DNA of 64,000 bases from Thermoplasmata archaeon (GCA_041489255.1 JBGPQV010000007.1:1-64000), one strand, 5' to 3'; shown: positions 1 to 10,172, counted from the stretch's first letter. Made by a program: numbers and translations. Notes: generated by a model from the sequence alone, not told the origin.

Positions 1-43
1 CCACGATCTCCCGCTTCTGTTCCGGCGTGAAGGGACCGCTCAT
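1..43 (-). CDS. 5' end of a gene running off the window (MSGPFTPEQKREIV...)
   Basis: ATG at 43 preceded by GGAGGGG SD-like motif; only 14 codons visible. Confidence 0.45.
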   Translation of the reverse strand, partial: MSGPFTPEQKREIV

Positions 44-220
44 CGTCTCCCCTCCACGTGAAGCGCTTCCTCTCTTTCAGTTCTTCCGGTTCCAACCGTG
101 CTACTGTCCAATCGGAGAGGGGCGCGTACTATGTGCCTCACAGCGCAAGGAGACTATCCGAGCCCTCCACCCAACCGCTAAGCTAAAATGCCCTTGTTGC
201 CTTGACACCCAAGTCCCCAC

Positions 221-1183
221 TTGGCCAAAACAATCCTCGAATTCCTCGGGCTTCTTACAGCAGCTTATCGTTATGCGGACCAAAGGACCTACTACCAGAG
301 CTGTAAGTGCCCCTTTCTGGCGTATGAAAAAACAGAAACGGCATACTGCCGCAAGACCAAGAAAGCGACCCGCGAAGAGCTGGAGCAAAGGGGAAGATGG
401 TGGGCAACACTCGGTTCATGCGTGGTCTCAGACGCGGATGGGGCGCCAGTCGTCATATGCCCCCACAAGCTCGAAATGGGAGACAGGTTCGTGAGAGATC
501 TCATGCCTTACTTTCACGGGAACCCTCAAGTCATTCACGAGGCAGCCCTTGAGAGCGGCCGAGTGGACTGGGTTTTGCGTGGAGAGTCCGTGTCAGGCAG
601 TCTTCACACGATTGCAGTCGAGATTCAAGCACTTGACACGACCGCGACAGGTGGAATCAATGATGCCAAGCGATCATTCGAACATGGGGATGCCGATTTT
701 CTGGCCAGGGACTTCCTGTTCGGGTTCAACTGGAAGATGAGCATCAAGACAATCATTTTCCAAGTTCTCTCCAAGATTTCGGAAACCGTCGAACTCAATT
801 GGTCCTACGTGCTGTTCGTCCAGGACCTGTTTCTCAGAAAGATGGAAGAGCTGTACAATGTGAAGTTCGCGGCAGCGGATGGGAAATCACCATCGGAAAT
901 CCTGTCTGCCACTCTCAAAGGAGACCTGCTCATCCATGCATACAGATTCGAACCGGGGGCCGTAACCCATACCCTTGACGGGCCTGCGAAGTTCCTGGTT
1001 TCTAGGAATCAGCTAATCCAGATGCTCGCATTGCAGACCGATCGGGCGAGTGTCGAACGCCGGCTTGGAGCCGCTCAGGCGTCGCGGGGTCGGCCGCCGC
1101 TTTCGCGGGAGCAACTACGCGAACATCTCCAAGGTTGCGGTATCCCTGAGCACCTTCGCGATTCGCTGTTTCGCGAACTCTAG
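221..1183 (+). CDS. NotI-family type II restriction endonuclease (putative)
   Basis: Cys cluster CPF..C.K..GSC..VICP plus VD...VEIQA nuclease-like motif; convergent with a DNA methyltransferase. Confidence 0.7.
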   Translation: MAKTILEFLGLLTAAYRYADQRTYYQSCKCPFLAYEKTETAYCRKTKKATREELEQRGRWWATLGSCVVSDADGAPVVICPHKLEMGDRFVRDLMPYFHGNPQVIHEAALESGRVDWVLRGESVSGSLHTIAVEIQALDTTATGGINDAKRSFEHGDADFLARDFLFGFNWKMSIKTIIFQVLSKISETVELNWSYVLFVQDLFLRKMEELYNVKFAAADGKSPSEILSATLKGDLLIHAYRFEPGAVTHTLDGPAKFLVSRNQLIQMLALQTDRASVERRLGAAQASRGRPPLSREQLREHLQGCGIPEHLRDSLFREL

Positions 1184-2215
1184 GTATTCTGAGGATGTGT
1201 CGATGCCAATGGTCCTCCGTCCTAGTCGGAGAGCCACGACTGCAGTTGTTCCACTCCCTAGAAAGGGGTCCAGTACTATGCCGTTTGGGGGGGATGTGGC
1301 CCTTATCGGTCTCTCCACTAAGGACTCCGGGAAGACCGCGAAGTGGGACTCGGGGAAAACAGAATCCTCAACCTGGATGGTCCAGACGTCTGTCGGAGCA
1401 CTCCCATTCCTGTGATACGTGAGGATTGCGAAACCCTTTGATTCCAGCTCCATGGCTCTCCCGCTTAGCGCCGTAGCGTCACCGTGGGTTGGCCGCTGGA
1501 TTCCTCTGATAAGCATCCTGAAATCAGGAAGGACTCCACATTTGACTTTCTCTACCGCTTCATCTAAGGCCGCGAGCGCGGCTTTCTTTTCATCTTCCGA
1601 GAGGGCCTTGCTGCTCAGTATTTGCTCGCGGTATCTCGCACCGGACACCCCTGTCGGAGTCTTGACAACGCCATTCCGATCCGTAATCGGTGGCTTGGGT
1701 GGCTCGCGAATCTGGTCCATGTCGTAGTATGCGTTCTCGCTCTTCACAAAGTGGAAGAACTGCTCGTGCGCGTAGGCGAGCCGATCTTTCGCAGCGTTGG
1801 GCAGATGCTTCGGTTTGTGCCAAATGACCTCGTTGCGGAGCTGCCAGCCCAATTTCTCGAGCGCAAATACGGTCCTCCATGGAATGCCCAGCCAACGTTT
1901 TCCCTGGCACTTGTCCCCGATGTTGAGCCAGAAGCTGCCTTTGGATTTAACGATCCGGAAGAGTTCAATGCCCACAGCGACCAAATTCGCGACGTACTCT
2001 TCTTGCGTCGTCTCCTGCCCAATCTCCGTCGTGGCAGAATGCGATCCATTATAGATGCGCTGACGATAGTATGGCGGACTTGTAACGACACAGTCGACTG
2101 AATGACCTTCGAGTTGCCGCAGCACGTTCCGCGCATCGCCTTGATACAGGACACAGCGATCTGCTATCGCCAATGGCTTGACTGCTTGTGTCTCCGCATT
2201 CCGGTCTGTCAACAA
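1115..2215 (-). CDS. Site-specific DNA methyltransferase (N4-cytosine/N6-adenine, beta class)
   Basis: N-terminal DCVVTSPPYY catalytic motif and C-terminal VLDPFLGSGTT SAM-binding motif. Confidence 0.93.
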   Translation of the reverse strand: MLTDRNAETQAVKPLAIADRCVLYQGDARNVLRQLEGHSVDCVVTSPPYYRQRIYNGSHSATTEIGQETTQEEYVANLVAVGIELFRIVKSKGSFWLNIGDKCQGKRWLGIPWRTVFALEKLGWQLRNEVIWHKPKHLPNAAKDRLAYAHEQFFHFVKSENAYYDMDQIREPPKPPITDRNGVVKTPTGVSGARYREQILSSKALSEDEKKAALAALDEAVEKVKCGVLPDFRMLIRGIQRPTHGDATALSGRAMELESKGFAILTYHRNGSAPTDVWTIQVEDSVFPESHFAVFPESLVERPIRATSPPNGIVLDPFLGSGTTAVVALRLGRRTIGIDTSSEYLEFAKQRIAKVLRDTATLEMFA

Positions 2216-2584
2216 CCGCCTTCCTTACTCCCTAGCATCGGCCCGATTAAAATCCTTTGGCTGGTTGGATGAAAGTGAGCAGAGACCGAGCTGTCTTCAA
2301 CAAGCTCGATTTATCATTTGTCCCAATCCGATGCGTGATGGTCTCTCTGAGAGCTGTCTGTATTCGCCCCCCCTGGGGACGGTCGCTACGCCGCCTGTGT
2401 AGCGTTTCATCCCACTCCTTCGGCCTTTTTGGGACAGATGTTTGCTAATAGTCTCATGCGCCGTCTTTTCTCCATAGGAGACCATCATCGGATCTGTCTA
2501 AGCTTCAAGAACAACTCTTAGCTAACTTCGGAACCAAACGGGTTGCCAGAAGGCCATGAAACTCTACACATTCGGCTGTCCGCC

Positions 2585-2714
2585 CATCAACATCTATTAA
2601 TCCCCTCCCCGTCTACACCTCCCCCGCATGCACCCCAGTCAGCGCATCTACTGCACCAAGAGCGAGAAGCTGAAGGGAAAGAAGATAGTCCTCGGCATCA
2701 CCGGCAGCATCGCC
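2585..2714 (+). repeat. Truncated duplicate of coaBC promoter + first 29 codons (copy 1)
   Basis: catcaacatctattaatcccctcc...ATG(2628) encodes MHPSQRIYCTKSEKLKGKKIVLGITGSIA, matching 8038-8167. Confidence 0.95.
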
Positions 2715-2865
2715 CTCCATTCATGGTCTGAATCAGCGGCGTGAGGATATTCTTGCCGAGAGAAGTGACAGGCAATCCTCGGGAAGGTTACGTCGTGCCC
2801 GACATCGTATTGGCAACTTCAGTACCTTTTTAACCCGCTACTCCTCTCTGCAAATCAAGCGAACC

Positions 2866-3285
2866 ATGGGGATTCTTGTAGGAAAACCGACAGCAGAGGA
2901 CCTGACTCCGAGGGGGATGATCCACGAGATTCCTTGGCCCGATGAGGCCTCAATCTTGATTTTCCTGGAAGGCAATGAGAAACGATTCCCGATTCTCAAT
3001 CGGATTGTCAGGAGCCAGTATGGCCCAGAGGGGGTCTTTGGGATGGACCGTGGCGCCCAGCTCGCGCTTCTGGCGGAAATCGATCACCTTCGCAGGGAGA
3101 TTGAACTTGACCGTCTTCAGCCGGAGATCAGGGAGAAGGTGCGAAGTTGGGCGCAGCGGAACAAAGGGCGCTGTAATACAGAGGGAATCTCGCCCGAGGC
3201 TGCTCTCTATGGCCTCGTGAAACTCGACGAGTTTGTCAATAAAGTGGTCGATTTGGGCTGGCATCTCTTGAACGATACCGAATGA
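2866..3285 (+). CDS. Hypothetical protein
   Basis: 139-aa ORF with ATG ~35 nt after a TTTTTAA TATA-like box. Confidence 0.65.
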   Translation: MGILVGKPTAEDLTPRGMIHEIPWPDEASILIFLEGNEKRFPILNRIVRSQYGPEGVFGMDRGAQLALLAEIDHLRREIELDRLQPEIREKVRSWAQRNKGRCNTEGISPEAALYGLVKLDEFVNKVVDLGWHLLNDTE

Positions 3286-3361
3286 CACAATGCCCTCACG
3301 CGAGCGATCCTGCTTTGTCTGAACCACGCCTCGATGCGAGTCAGACATTCGGATGCCTGCT

Positions 3362-3380
3362 CATCAACATCTATTGATCC
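3362..3380 (+). repeat. Short remnant of coaBC promoter (copy 2)
   Basis: catcaacatctattgatcc matches 8038-8056 at 18/19 nt, same 5' boundary as the other copies. Confidence 0.7.
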
Positions 3381-3400
3381 TCCGAAAACCCCCGCATAAT

Positions 3401-3504
3401 GCGGAACGCTCCAGGTTGGCTGTCTTGCTCTGTTCCTTGTCCCCCAAGCTCCCGCCTGGAAACGGGCGGGGGCACCTTTTCCCTCTCGGAGCGTGGCGTT
3501 CCGC
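3401..3504 (+). terminator. Structured element: GC hairpin + T-run inside a 9-bp inverted repeat
   Basis: gcggaacgc(3401)/gcgttccgc(3496) inverted repeat enclosing ccaagctcccgcc-tggaaacg-ggcgggggcacctttt. Confidence 0.45.
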
Positions 3505-3583
3505 TCGACGCCTGCAGTTGGCTCTTTAGATTACCAAGAAGCTTGTTTCGACACCAGTACCGCTGAAATACAACCTGGCGGAT

Positions 3584-4351
3584 ATGCCAAACGGCATGTA
3601 CCGCGCATCATCGTGGGACAAGTCCGAGAGGTACCGCCGGTTCGTCGTTGCGACGATGCTGCGGAGGAGGGTCATAGGCTGGGGGAGCTTCTTCTTCATT
3701 CTCTTCACTCCGGTCGTGATGTTTGCGTCGCTGGACGATTTTCTCCTCTTCGACGCGTACTTCGGTGTCTACTTCCTGTTAGTCTTAGTAGGTGCTATAT
3801 TGGCGAAACGTCCCACGGGCTCGAAAGCCGGTCTCTGGCTGGAAGTCGAGCTTTTCAGCCCGGTCTACACATTCTCCCTCATGCTGCTTTCCGGACTCAT
3901 GGCGGCACTCCTGCTCTTCTGGCTCATCTCCGTCAAATTCGCCGTTCAGTTCCAGATAATCTTCATCGATTATTCGCCAATGCTCATCATCCTCCTTACC
4001 ATGCTCGTAGCCATGTACCCGCTCCGAAGGTACCGGAGGAGAAAGTATGAGAATGTGCGCGTCCGCTTCGTACGGGGAAAGGGGGACGATGTGGTGGCCG
4101 CCATTCGCTCAGGACTCGACTCCGCCAAGATAGACTACCGGTATTCGGTCAGCGGATCCCAGTGGACGACGGTGAGACCCTCGTTCCTGTTCGGAAGCAG
4201 CCCGAGGCGCGTCGATGTCAGGATGGTGAACCGCTGGAATGTGGCGGTATACAAGACCGTGGATCCCATTTCCGGCTGTGTGATCTCGCCGACGATAGAT
4301 GGCGTAATTGACGATTCACTCGATGCCTCGGAGAAGACCGGCCCCCGATAG
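3584..4351 (+). CDS. Hypothetical membrane protein (about 4 TM helices + soluble C-terminal domain)
   Basis: 255-aa ORF with long hydrophobic stretches. Confidence 0.7.
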   Translation: MPNGMYRASSWDKSERYRRFVVATMLRRRVIGWGSFFFILFTPVVMFASLDDFLLFDAYFGVYFLLVLVGAILAKRPTGSKAGLWLEVELFSPVYTFSLMLLSGLMAALLLFWLISVKFAVQFQIIFIDYSPMLIILLTMLVAMYPLRRYRRRKYENVRVRFVRGKGDDVVAAIRSGLDSAKIDYRYSVSGSQWTTVRPSFLFGSSPRRVDVRMVNRWNVAVYKTVDPISGCVISPTIDGVIDDSLDASEKTGPR

Positions 4352-4407
4352 TTGGCGGCCCCAGGCGTAGTGCAGATGGTTATGCGGTGAATCATTCATC
4401 TTCAGTC

Positions 4408-4527
4408 CATCAACACTTATTAATCCCCTTCCCGCCTACGCCTCTCCAACATGCACCCCTGTCAGCGCATCTACTGCACCAAGAGCGAGAAGCTGAAGGG
4501 AAAGAGGATAGTCCTCAGCATCTCAGG
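4408..4527 (+). repeat. Truncated duplicate of coaBC promoter + ~26 codons (copy 3)
   Basis: catcaacacttattaatcccctt...ATG(4451) encodes MHPCQRIYCTKSEKLKGKRIVLSISG. Confidence 0.95.
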
Positions 4528-4756
4528 TTCGCGGAATTATTGACCGGTCAGAGACATTAGTCGCACCATCCTGACACTATTCCTCCGGACATGATAGTCA
4601 ATATAACCGGGTAGTCTGCGATTGGGGTGGGGCAGGACTGAAGAAGAAAAATGCTTTGGCGCGGGGGACCTGAAAATGCACAGCGCCATCAGAAATCATT
4701 GTCAATCGCCTGCCCTCCCGAAACATTCGATTCGCACCAGCTTGGTGAGCTGGAGG

Positions 4757-7700
4757 TCAACCGTTCACAATCCATGTCGCGTCAGCGGGGACGAATATCC
4801 AATAACCTTCACCCGGCTTCATGAGATAGCTGTCCTTGACTCGCTGAAGATAATAAGGCGCAGCGCTCGAATCGAACGCCTCAATGATTACCCCGGTGAG
4901 CCCGATATCAGCCTTGAGGTCTGCAACAGTGCAGGTCGTGTTGAGGGAGGGGAAGCCCACCATGTTCCACCCCTGGCGGAGATCGATCGCGGTCGAGGAG
5001 GATTCTGTGCCGCGGATGGTGAAGTTGCAGGCTGAGGTCACGTCGATCCAGAATCCCATCGTGTTGGTGAGTGCATGGAGGCCGTTGGCATCTCTTCCCG
5101 GGACGTAGGACTTCCAAGGGTTCATGGGATCAAGCGAATCGTACCAGCGTACGTAGTCGTAGCAGCCCGATATCGACGAGAGCACATTTTCGATGGTTAC
5201 ATCGACGGCCGACAAGGGGAATGACATGAATCGCTTTCCGGGCGAGAGGGACATCGCAAACGATGAGACAACCTCGGCAGTTATGCAAGCCACATTATTG
5301 GTCTCGTTGGATTCCGCCACGGACCCAGGCGGCGGGTCTGCCCAGGCACATACGCTGTGATTTCCCACGAAGTCAGGTGTCCATGAGAATTGCAGTTCGA
5401 TCTGCTGGTAAACGGGCAGACTGCCAGCAGACTTGATTTCGATTATCTCACTCGGGTCTACCTGCCCGTCGAAGTCGTAATCGTCAAAGGACGTTACGGA
5501 AAAGTCAGTGACGTTGGAATCGCCAACATTACTCACATTCACGTACAGAATGATCGATGTTCCGTTGGCAATGGGCGATTGTGGGACGGTATGAAGATCA
5601 TTCGGAGAGATCAAGAGATCTGGGAGCTCGATAGGGCCCAGCTTAGCCACGAATCCATCGGTATTAAGATTGTAACTGGTATCGAACGCACTCGGCGTCA
5701 CCGGGAAATCGGTAGAGTCTGTCTTGCCAGTGATGTAGACCGCACCTGCGGAGTCAACGGAAGCCGCAAGCCCTACCTCATAAGCGGAGCCCCCAATGAG
5801 CGTCGAATATGACAGGAGTCTCCCCGACTCGCCAAGTTGTATGACAAAAGCATCGCTTGAATTGAGGGTCCTGTCAATGGCATCAGGAGTCGTCGGGAAG
5901 TCGGGTGAAAATGTTCTGCCGGTTAAATAGAGATTCCCTAAAGCGTCCATTACAAGGTCGGAGGGCGATTCAGAGCTATTACCGCCGAGGAATGTTGAGT
6001 AGCTTAGAGTACTCGTATTGATGTCGAGGCGTGATAAGAACATGTCGGAAGTCCCATTCAATGACGCGTCAAGCGCGTCTGCGGTCACCGGAAAATCTGA
6101 TGAATCGGTCAGACCTGTAACGTAGAGAGCATCCGCTGAATCCTCGATCACGTACCCTCCATCTTCCCAGTCTGTACCTCCGATAAAAGTCGAATAGATT
6201 AGAGAAGTGCCTGCATTATTGAGCTTTGCCACGAATACGTCGCTGTAGTTGAAAGTTGTATCAAAGGAACCAGGAGTCACTGGGAAGTCTGCGGACAACG
6301 TGAAGCCTCCGACTACCATCTCACCGCGTTCATTGACGAATATGGAATTCCCCTCATCGCGCATGCTTCCGCCGAGGTACGTAGACGAGAGCAAAGCGTC
6401 CCCCGCATCGCTGAGCTTGAACACGAAGACTTCTTCTCTCCCTTTCGATGTTGAGCTGAACGCCCCGGGAGTTGTAGGGAAATCAGGTGAAAGCGTGGTG
6501 CCGCAAACATAGGTATTCCCACTGGAGTCTAGATACAGGGCATATCCTATGTCATTTGAACTTCCGCCGACGAAGGTGGAGAAGATTAGCCCGCTTCCGC
6601 TTGCGTTCAGTTTGAGCACAAAGGCATCGGACCCATGGTATGTTGTATCATAGGCTCCCGGAGTCACCGGGAAATCGGGAGATTGGGCTTCCCCCGTCAC
6701 GTATGCGTTGCCGGAAGTGTCAACACTCAGAGCATAGGCGAACTCTTGGTAGGAACCACCTATGTAGGTTGAGTACGCGAGCGTATCCCCACTAGCGTTA
6801 ATCTTCGTCACGAAGATACCGCCATTTCCCCACCATGTGTCAAACGCACCAGGCGTCACAGGAAAGTCAAACGATATTGTATGTCCAGTTACATATGCAT
6901 TGCCGGCGCCATCCACATCAATCGCGTACGGTGCATCAGCATTCCAGCCTCCTAGATAGGTAGCGTAGATTAATGGGTCGATGGTTAGGGGCTTGGAGGG
7001 ATTCCATCCGTTGCAGTCGAACCCGTATGACGTTTCGCTTCGGGGAAGGAACTCGCAGTCGATTTCCTCTCCAATATCCTGATAGGAATATGGGGAAGAA
7101 TCTCGCACGTCTCCCATGGTGGTCCGAATCGCAATGCCGGATGTTTCGATTCGCATCGATTCGATGCCTTCATAGGCCATATTGATGGATGCGGGATTCG
7201 CCCCCGCGCTGATCCTGAATTCATATTTCACACCGCCAAGAATCGGCTTGTAGATGAGGTCGATGCCATCGTATAGATTCTTATAGATCAACTCGCCGTA
7301 GTTCGGCACATCCGTCCTCCACTTGCTCGTGTCGTTGCCCAAGAAGAAGTTGCTGTTGAAGGGCAGGTGTCTCTCGCCGCTGGGGGCAATCATGTTTGCG
7401 CCATCGAATCGGAGTAAATATGTGACTGAATCGACCGGCTCCTCATTCGAACCAATAGAGGTCCTGAAGTCTGAAGTGCTGTTCCTGGTCCCCATCCCAT
7501 TCCTCTCGTAATCATTTGCATCATGCAGAACAAACATCACCCCGTCGTCCATGAAAGCGACTGCGGGATTTCCCATCGCGTAATAGCGGATATTCTCGGC
7601 CACCTGACCCCTGTTCTCGACAAAGTAGTTGTTAAGAGAATCGAAGGCATCGAGGATGACCTGCTTCGTCGCTGTATTGGGAGGACTTGTGTCATTCCAT

Positions 7701-7777
7701 GACGACTTTGCCAGCGAAGCGAGGGACGGAACGAACATGAGGGCTGCCACGATTAGCACAATGGGGAAACGAACCAT
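4757..7777 (-). CDS. Secreted SBBP (beta-propeller) repeat protein with CARDB and C-terminal GWN/GYWI domain
   Basis: Signal peptide; repeated GNAYVTG.T.S.DFPVTPGAFD...YSTY.GG units; PDL...ESNETNN CARDB motif. Confidence 0.88.
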   Translation of the reverse strand: MVRFPIVLIVAALMFVPSLASLAKSSWNDTSPPNTATKQVILDAFDSLNNYFVENRGQVAENIRYYAMGNPAVAFMDDGVMFVLHDANDYERNGMGTRNSTSDFRTSIGSNEEPVDSVTYLLRFDGANMIAPSGERHLPFNSNFFLGNDTSKWRTDVPNYGELIYKNLYDGIDLIYKPILGGVKYEFRISAGANPASINMAYEGIESMRIETSGIAIRTTMGDVRDSSPYSYQDIGEEIDCEFLPRSETSYGFDCNGWNPSKPLTIDPLIYATYLGGWNADAPYAIDVDGAGNAYVTGHTISFDFPVTPGAFDTWWGNGGIFVTKINASGDTLAYSTYIGGSYQEFAYALSVDTSGNAYVTGEAQSPDFPVTPGAYDTTYHGSDAFVLKLNASGSGLIFSTFVGGSSNDIGYALYLDSSGNTYVCGTTLSPDFPTTPGAFSSTSKGREEVFVFKLSDAGDALLSSTYLGGSMRDEGNSIFVNERGEMVVGGFTLSADFPVTPGSFDTTFNYSDVFVAKLNNAGTSLIYSTFIGGTDWEDGGYVIEDSADALYVTGLTDSSDFPVTADALDASLNGTSDMFLSRLDINTSTLSYSTFLGGNSSESPSDLVMDALGNLYLTGRTFSPDFPTTPDAIDRTLNSSDAFVIQLGESGRLLSYSTLIGGSAYEVGLAASVDSAGAVYITGKTDSTDFPVTPSAFDTSYNLNTDGFVAKLGPIELPDLLISPNDLHTVPQSPIANGTSIILYVNVSNVGDSNVTDFSVTSFDDYDFDGQVDPSEIIEIKSAGSLPVYQQIELQFSWTPDFVGNHSVCAWADPPPGSVAESNETNNVACITAEVVSSFAMSLSPGKRFMSFPLSAVDVTIENVLSSISGCYDYVRWYDSLDPMNPWKSYVPGRDANGLHALTNTMGFWIDVTSACNFTIRGTESSSTAIDLRQGWNMVGFPSLNTTCTVADLKADIGLTGVIIEAFDSSAAPYYLQRVKDSYLMKPGEGYWIFVPADATWIVNG

Positions 7778-8080
7778 GAGCCTCTTCTCCTGACTCCTCG
7801 GGCATGCCACGACAGCATATCTCCTTCCTTTCCAAGCAACCCATCAGCAACTCCTGTATAAAGCCATTTCGAGGAAACAATCAGGTCGATGGTTCTCTAA
7901 GGGGGATTCTATCAATTTCCCATTCCAATCCTTGACAATCCTGACTGCCCGGAGAGTAATTTCAATCACTGACGTTGGTGTTGCCACTCTAGTTCCGGTT
8001 CCAGGGAATATAGGATAATGCCAACCGCCACTCCAATCATCAACATCTATTAATCCCCTCCACTCCTACACCTGACCCGC

Positions 8081-9277
8081 ATGCACCCGAGTCAGCGCAT
8101 CTACTGCACGAAGAGCGAGAAGCTGAAGGGAAAGAGGATAGTCCTCGGCATCACAGGCAGCATCGCCGCCGTCGAGGACGTGAAGCTCATCCGCGAGCTC
8201 ATCCGCCACGGGGCCGACGTCGTCCCCGTGATGAGCAGGGAGAGCACCCGCATAGTCCACCCCAACTCGATACATTTCGCCTCGGGCAAGGTCCCCATCA
8301 TCGAGATAGACGGCTCCGTGCCCTACGTCGACCTCTGCGGCGAGGGCGGCAGCGCGAGCCTGCTCCTCATCGCCCCCTCCACCGCCAACACGATCTCGAA
8401 GATCGCCTGCGGCATCGACGACACGCCCGTCACGACCTTCGCGACCACCGCCATGGGCTCCGACGTCCCGATCATGATTGCACCCGCCATGCACGAGTCG
8501 ATGTACACCAACCCGACCGTGGCGGTGAACCTGGACATGCTCCGCAAGGTCGGAGTCGAGTTCATAGAGCCGAAGTTCGCCGAGGAGAAGGCGAAGATGG
8601 CGGACATGGAGGACATCGTGGCGGCGGTGATCAGGAGGCTGGGCCCGCACGACCTCGACGACAAGAGAGTCGTGGTCATCGCCGGCTCGACCGAGCAGCC
8701 GATCGACGACGTCAGGGCGATAACGAACAGGAGCAGCGGCGGCACCGGGATCGAGCTGGCGAAGAGCGCATACGAACGCGGCGGGAAGGTCGAGCTCTGG
8801 CTCGGGAGACACGAAGCCCCGGTCCCCGCCTATATCGAGACGAAGGAGTTCTCCACGGTCGAGCAGCTCGTCGAGCTTGTCAAGCACCTGAAATGCGACT
8901 ACTGCCTCGTCCCCGCCGCGATCTCCGACTTCACCACGAAGAGGGCCAAGGGCAAGATACATTCGAGGGAGGGAGCCGTGAAGCTCAACCTGACGCCGAC
9001 CCCCAAGGTCATCAGGTTCGTCGCGTCGAAGACGAAAGGGGTCGTCGTCGGGTTCAAGGCGGAGTCTGGGGTCACCGCGCAGTACTTGATCGAGAAGGCC
9101 GGGTCGATGATCAAGGAATACGGGCTGGACTTCGCCGTCGCGAACGACGTGAGGGCCGTCAAGAGAGACAGGACCAAGGTCATCATCCTCGACTCGCACG
9201 GCGGGAAGAAGGAGGTCGAGGGCACGAAGTCATCCGTCGCCGACAAGATCTGGAGCGCAGTCCTGCATGGTCTCTAG
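8081..9277 (+). CDS. coaBC: Bifunctional phosphopantothenoylcysteine decarboxylase/phosphopantothenate-cysteine ligase
   Basis: IVLGITGSIAA, APSTANTISKIACGIDD, PAMHESM, TNRSSGGTG, AAISDF, VVGFKAE motifs. Confidence 0.96.
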   Translation: MHPSQRIYCTKSEKLKGKRIVLGITGSIAAVEDVKLIRELIRHGADVVPVMSRESTRIVHPNSIHFASGKVPIIEIDGSVPYVDLCGEGGSASLLLIAPSTANTISKIACGIDDTPVTTFATTAMGSDVPIMIAPAMHESMYTNPTVAVNLDMLRKVGVEFIEPKFAEEKAKMADMEDIVAAVIRRLGPHDLDDKRVVVIAGSTEQPIDDVRAITNRSSGGTGIELAKSAYERGGKVELWLGRHEAPVPAYIETKEFSTVEQLVELVKHLKCDYCLVPAAISDFTTKRAKGKIHSREGAVKLNLTPTPKVIRFVASKTKGVVVGFKAESGVTAQYLIEKAGSMIKEYGLDFAVANDVRAVKRDRTKVIILDSHGGKKEVEGTKSSVADKIWSAVLHGL

Positions 9278-10139
9278 GGCTGAGGCGTTCTGCCCCGGTC
9301 ACATCACCGCCTTCTTCGAGATATGCCCCGACGCCGATCCCCGCCGCCGCGGCTCGAGAGGCGCGGGTCTGTGCACATCACTCGGAGTGAAGACCGAAGT
9401 CAAGGTCAGGGAGGCTGCCCGCCAGCGCATCAGGATCTTCCTGGACGGAGAGGAGGAGAAAGCTGAGACCACTCTGAGGGCTGTCAAGAAGCTCATCGGC
9501 GATAAGAGGCTGGAGGTCTACGTCCTGAGTGAGGTGCAGCTGCCGGTCTCACAGGGGTTCGGGATGAGCGGGGCGGGGGCATTGAGCACCGCCCTCGCGC
9601 TGAACGAGGCGGCGAAGCTCGGTCTTTCCCGCGACGAGGTTGTCGGAGCCGCGCACGAGGCCGAGGTCGAGTCGCTGACAGGCCTCGGGGACATCTACCC
9701 GCAGTCGCTTGGCGGGATGGACCTGAGGATTGAACCGGGCGGCCCGCCGCACGGGATCGTCAAGAGGTTCGAAGTGGCGGTTCCTCTGCTCCTGTGTGTC
9801 ATCGGCCCGCCCATGCTCACGAAGTCCGTGCTCCACGACCCCGAGAAGGCGAAGGTCATCAGCGCGGAAGGCCACCGTTGCGTCGAGGAGTTCAAGAAGA
9901 GCCCGACGCTGGAGAACCTGTTCAGCCTTGGGCGGGAGTTCGCTGTCAAGACCGGACTGGCGGGAAGCAGGCTCATCGAGGCGATCGACTCCTGCGCACC
10001 CTACGGAAAGGCAAGCATGTCGATGCTGGGGAACAGCGTGTTTTGCATGGGGAACGCAGAGATGCTTGCCACCATACTTTCCCCGTATGGGCAGAGGCTG
10101 AAGTGCGAAGTAGACCAGAAAGGCGCTAGGCTTCTCTAG
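9267..10139 (+). CDS. Pantoate kinase (GHMP family)
   Basis: AFCPGHITAFF, GSRGAG, LPVSQGFGMSGAGAL, TGLGD, SMSMLGNSVF; overlaps coaBC. Confidence 0.9.
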   Translation: MVSRAEAFCPGHITAFFEICPDADPRRRGSRGAGLCTSLGVKTEVKVREAARQRIRIFLDGEEEKAETTLRAVKKLIGDKRLEVYVLSEVQLPVSQGFGMSGAGALSTALALNEAAKLGLSRDEVVGAAHEAEVESLTGLGDIYPQSLGGMDLRIEPGGPPHGIVKRFEVAVPLLLCVIGPPMLTKSVLHDPEKAKVISAEGHRCVEEFKKSPTLENLFSLGREFAVKTGLAGSRLIEAIDSCAPYGKASMSMLGNSVFCMGNAEMLATILSPYGQRLKCEVDQKGARLL

Positions 10140-10172
10140 GATTCTCGTCTACACCTCTCGGTCTGCCGAGAG

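Noticed and set aside
4641-4670. Third decayed copy of the hairpin/T-run motif (aagaagaaaaatgctttggcgcggggg)
   Set aside because: One stem arm is missing; similarity too weak to support
8081-8640. CoaC domain lacking the bacterial ACGxxG motif as a sign of inactivation
   Set aside because: Archaeal CoaBC proteins are known to differ in this region; the gene is otherwise intact and next to pantoate kinase
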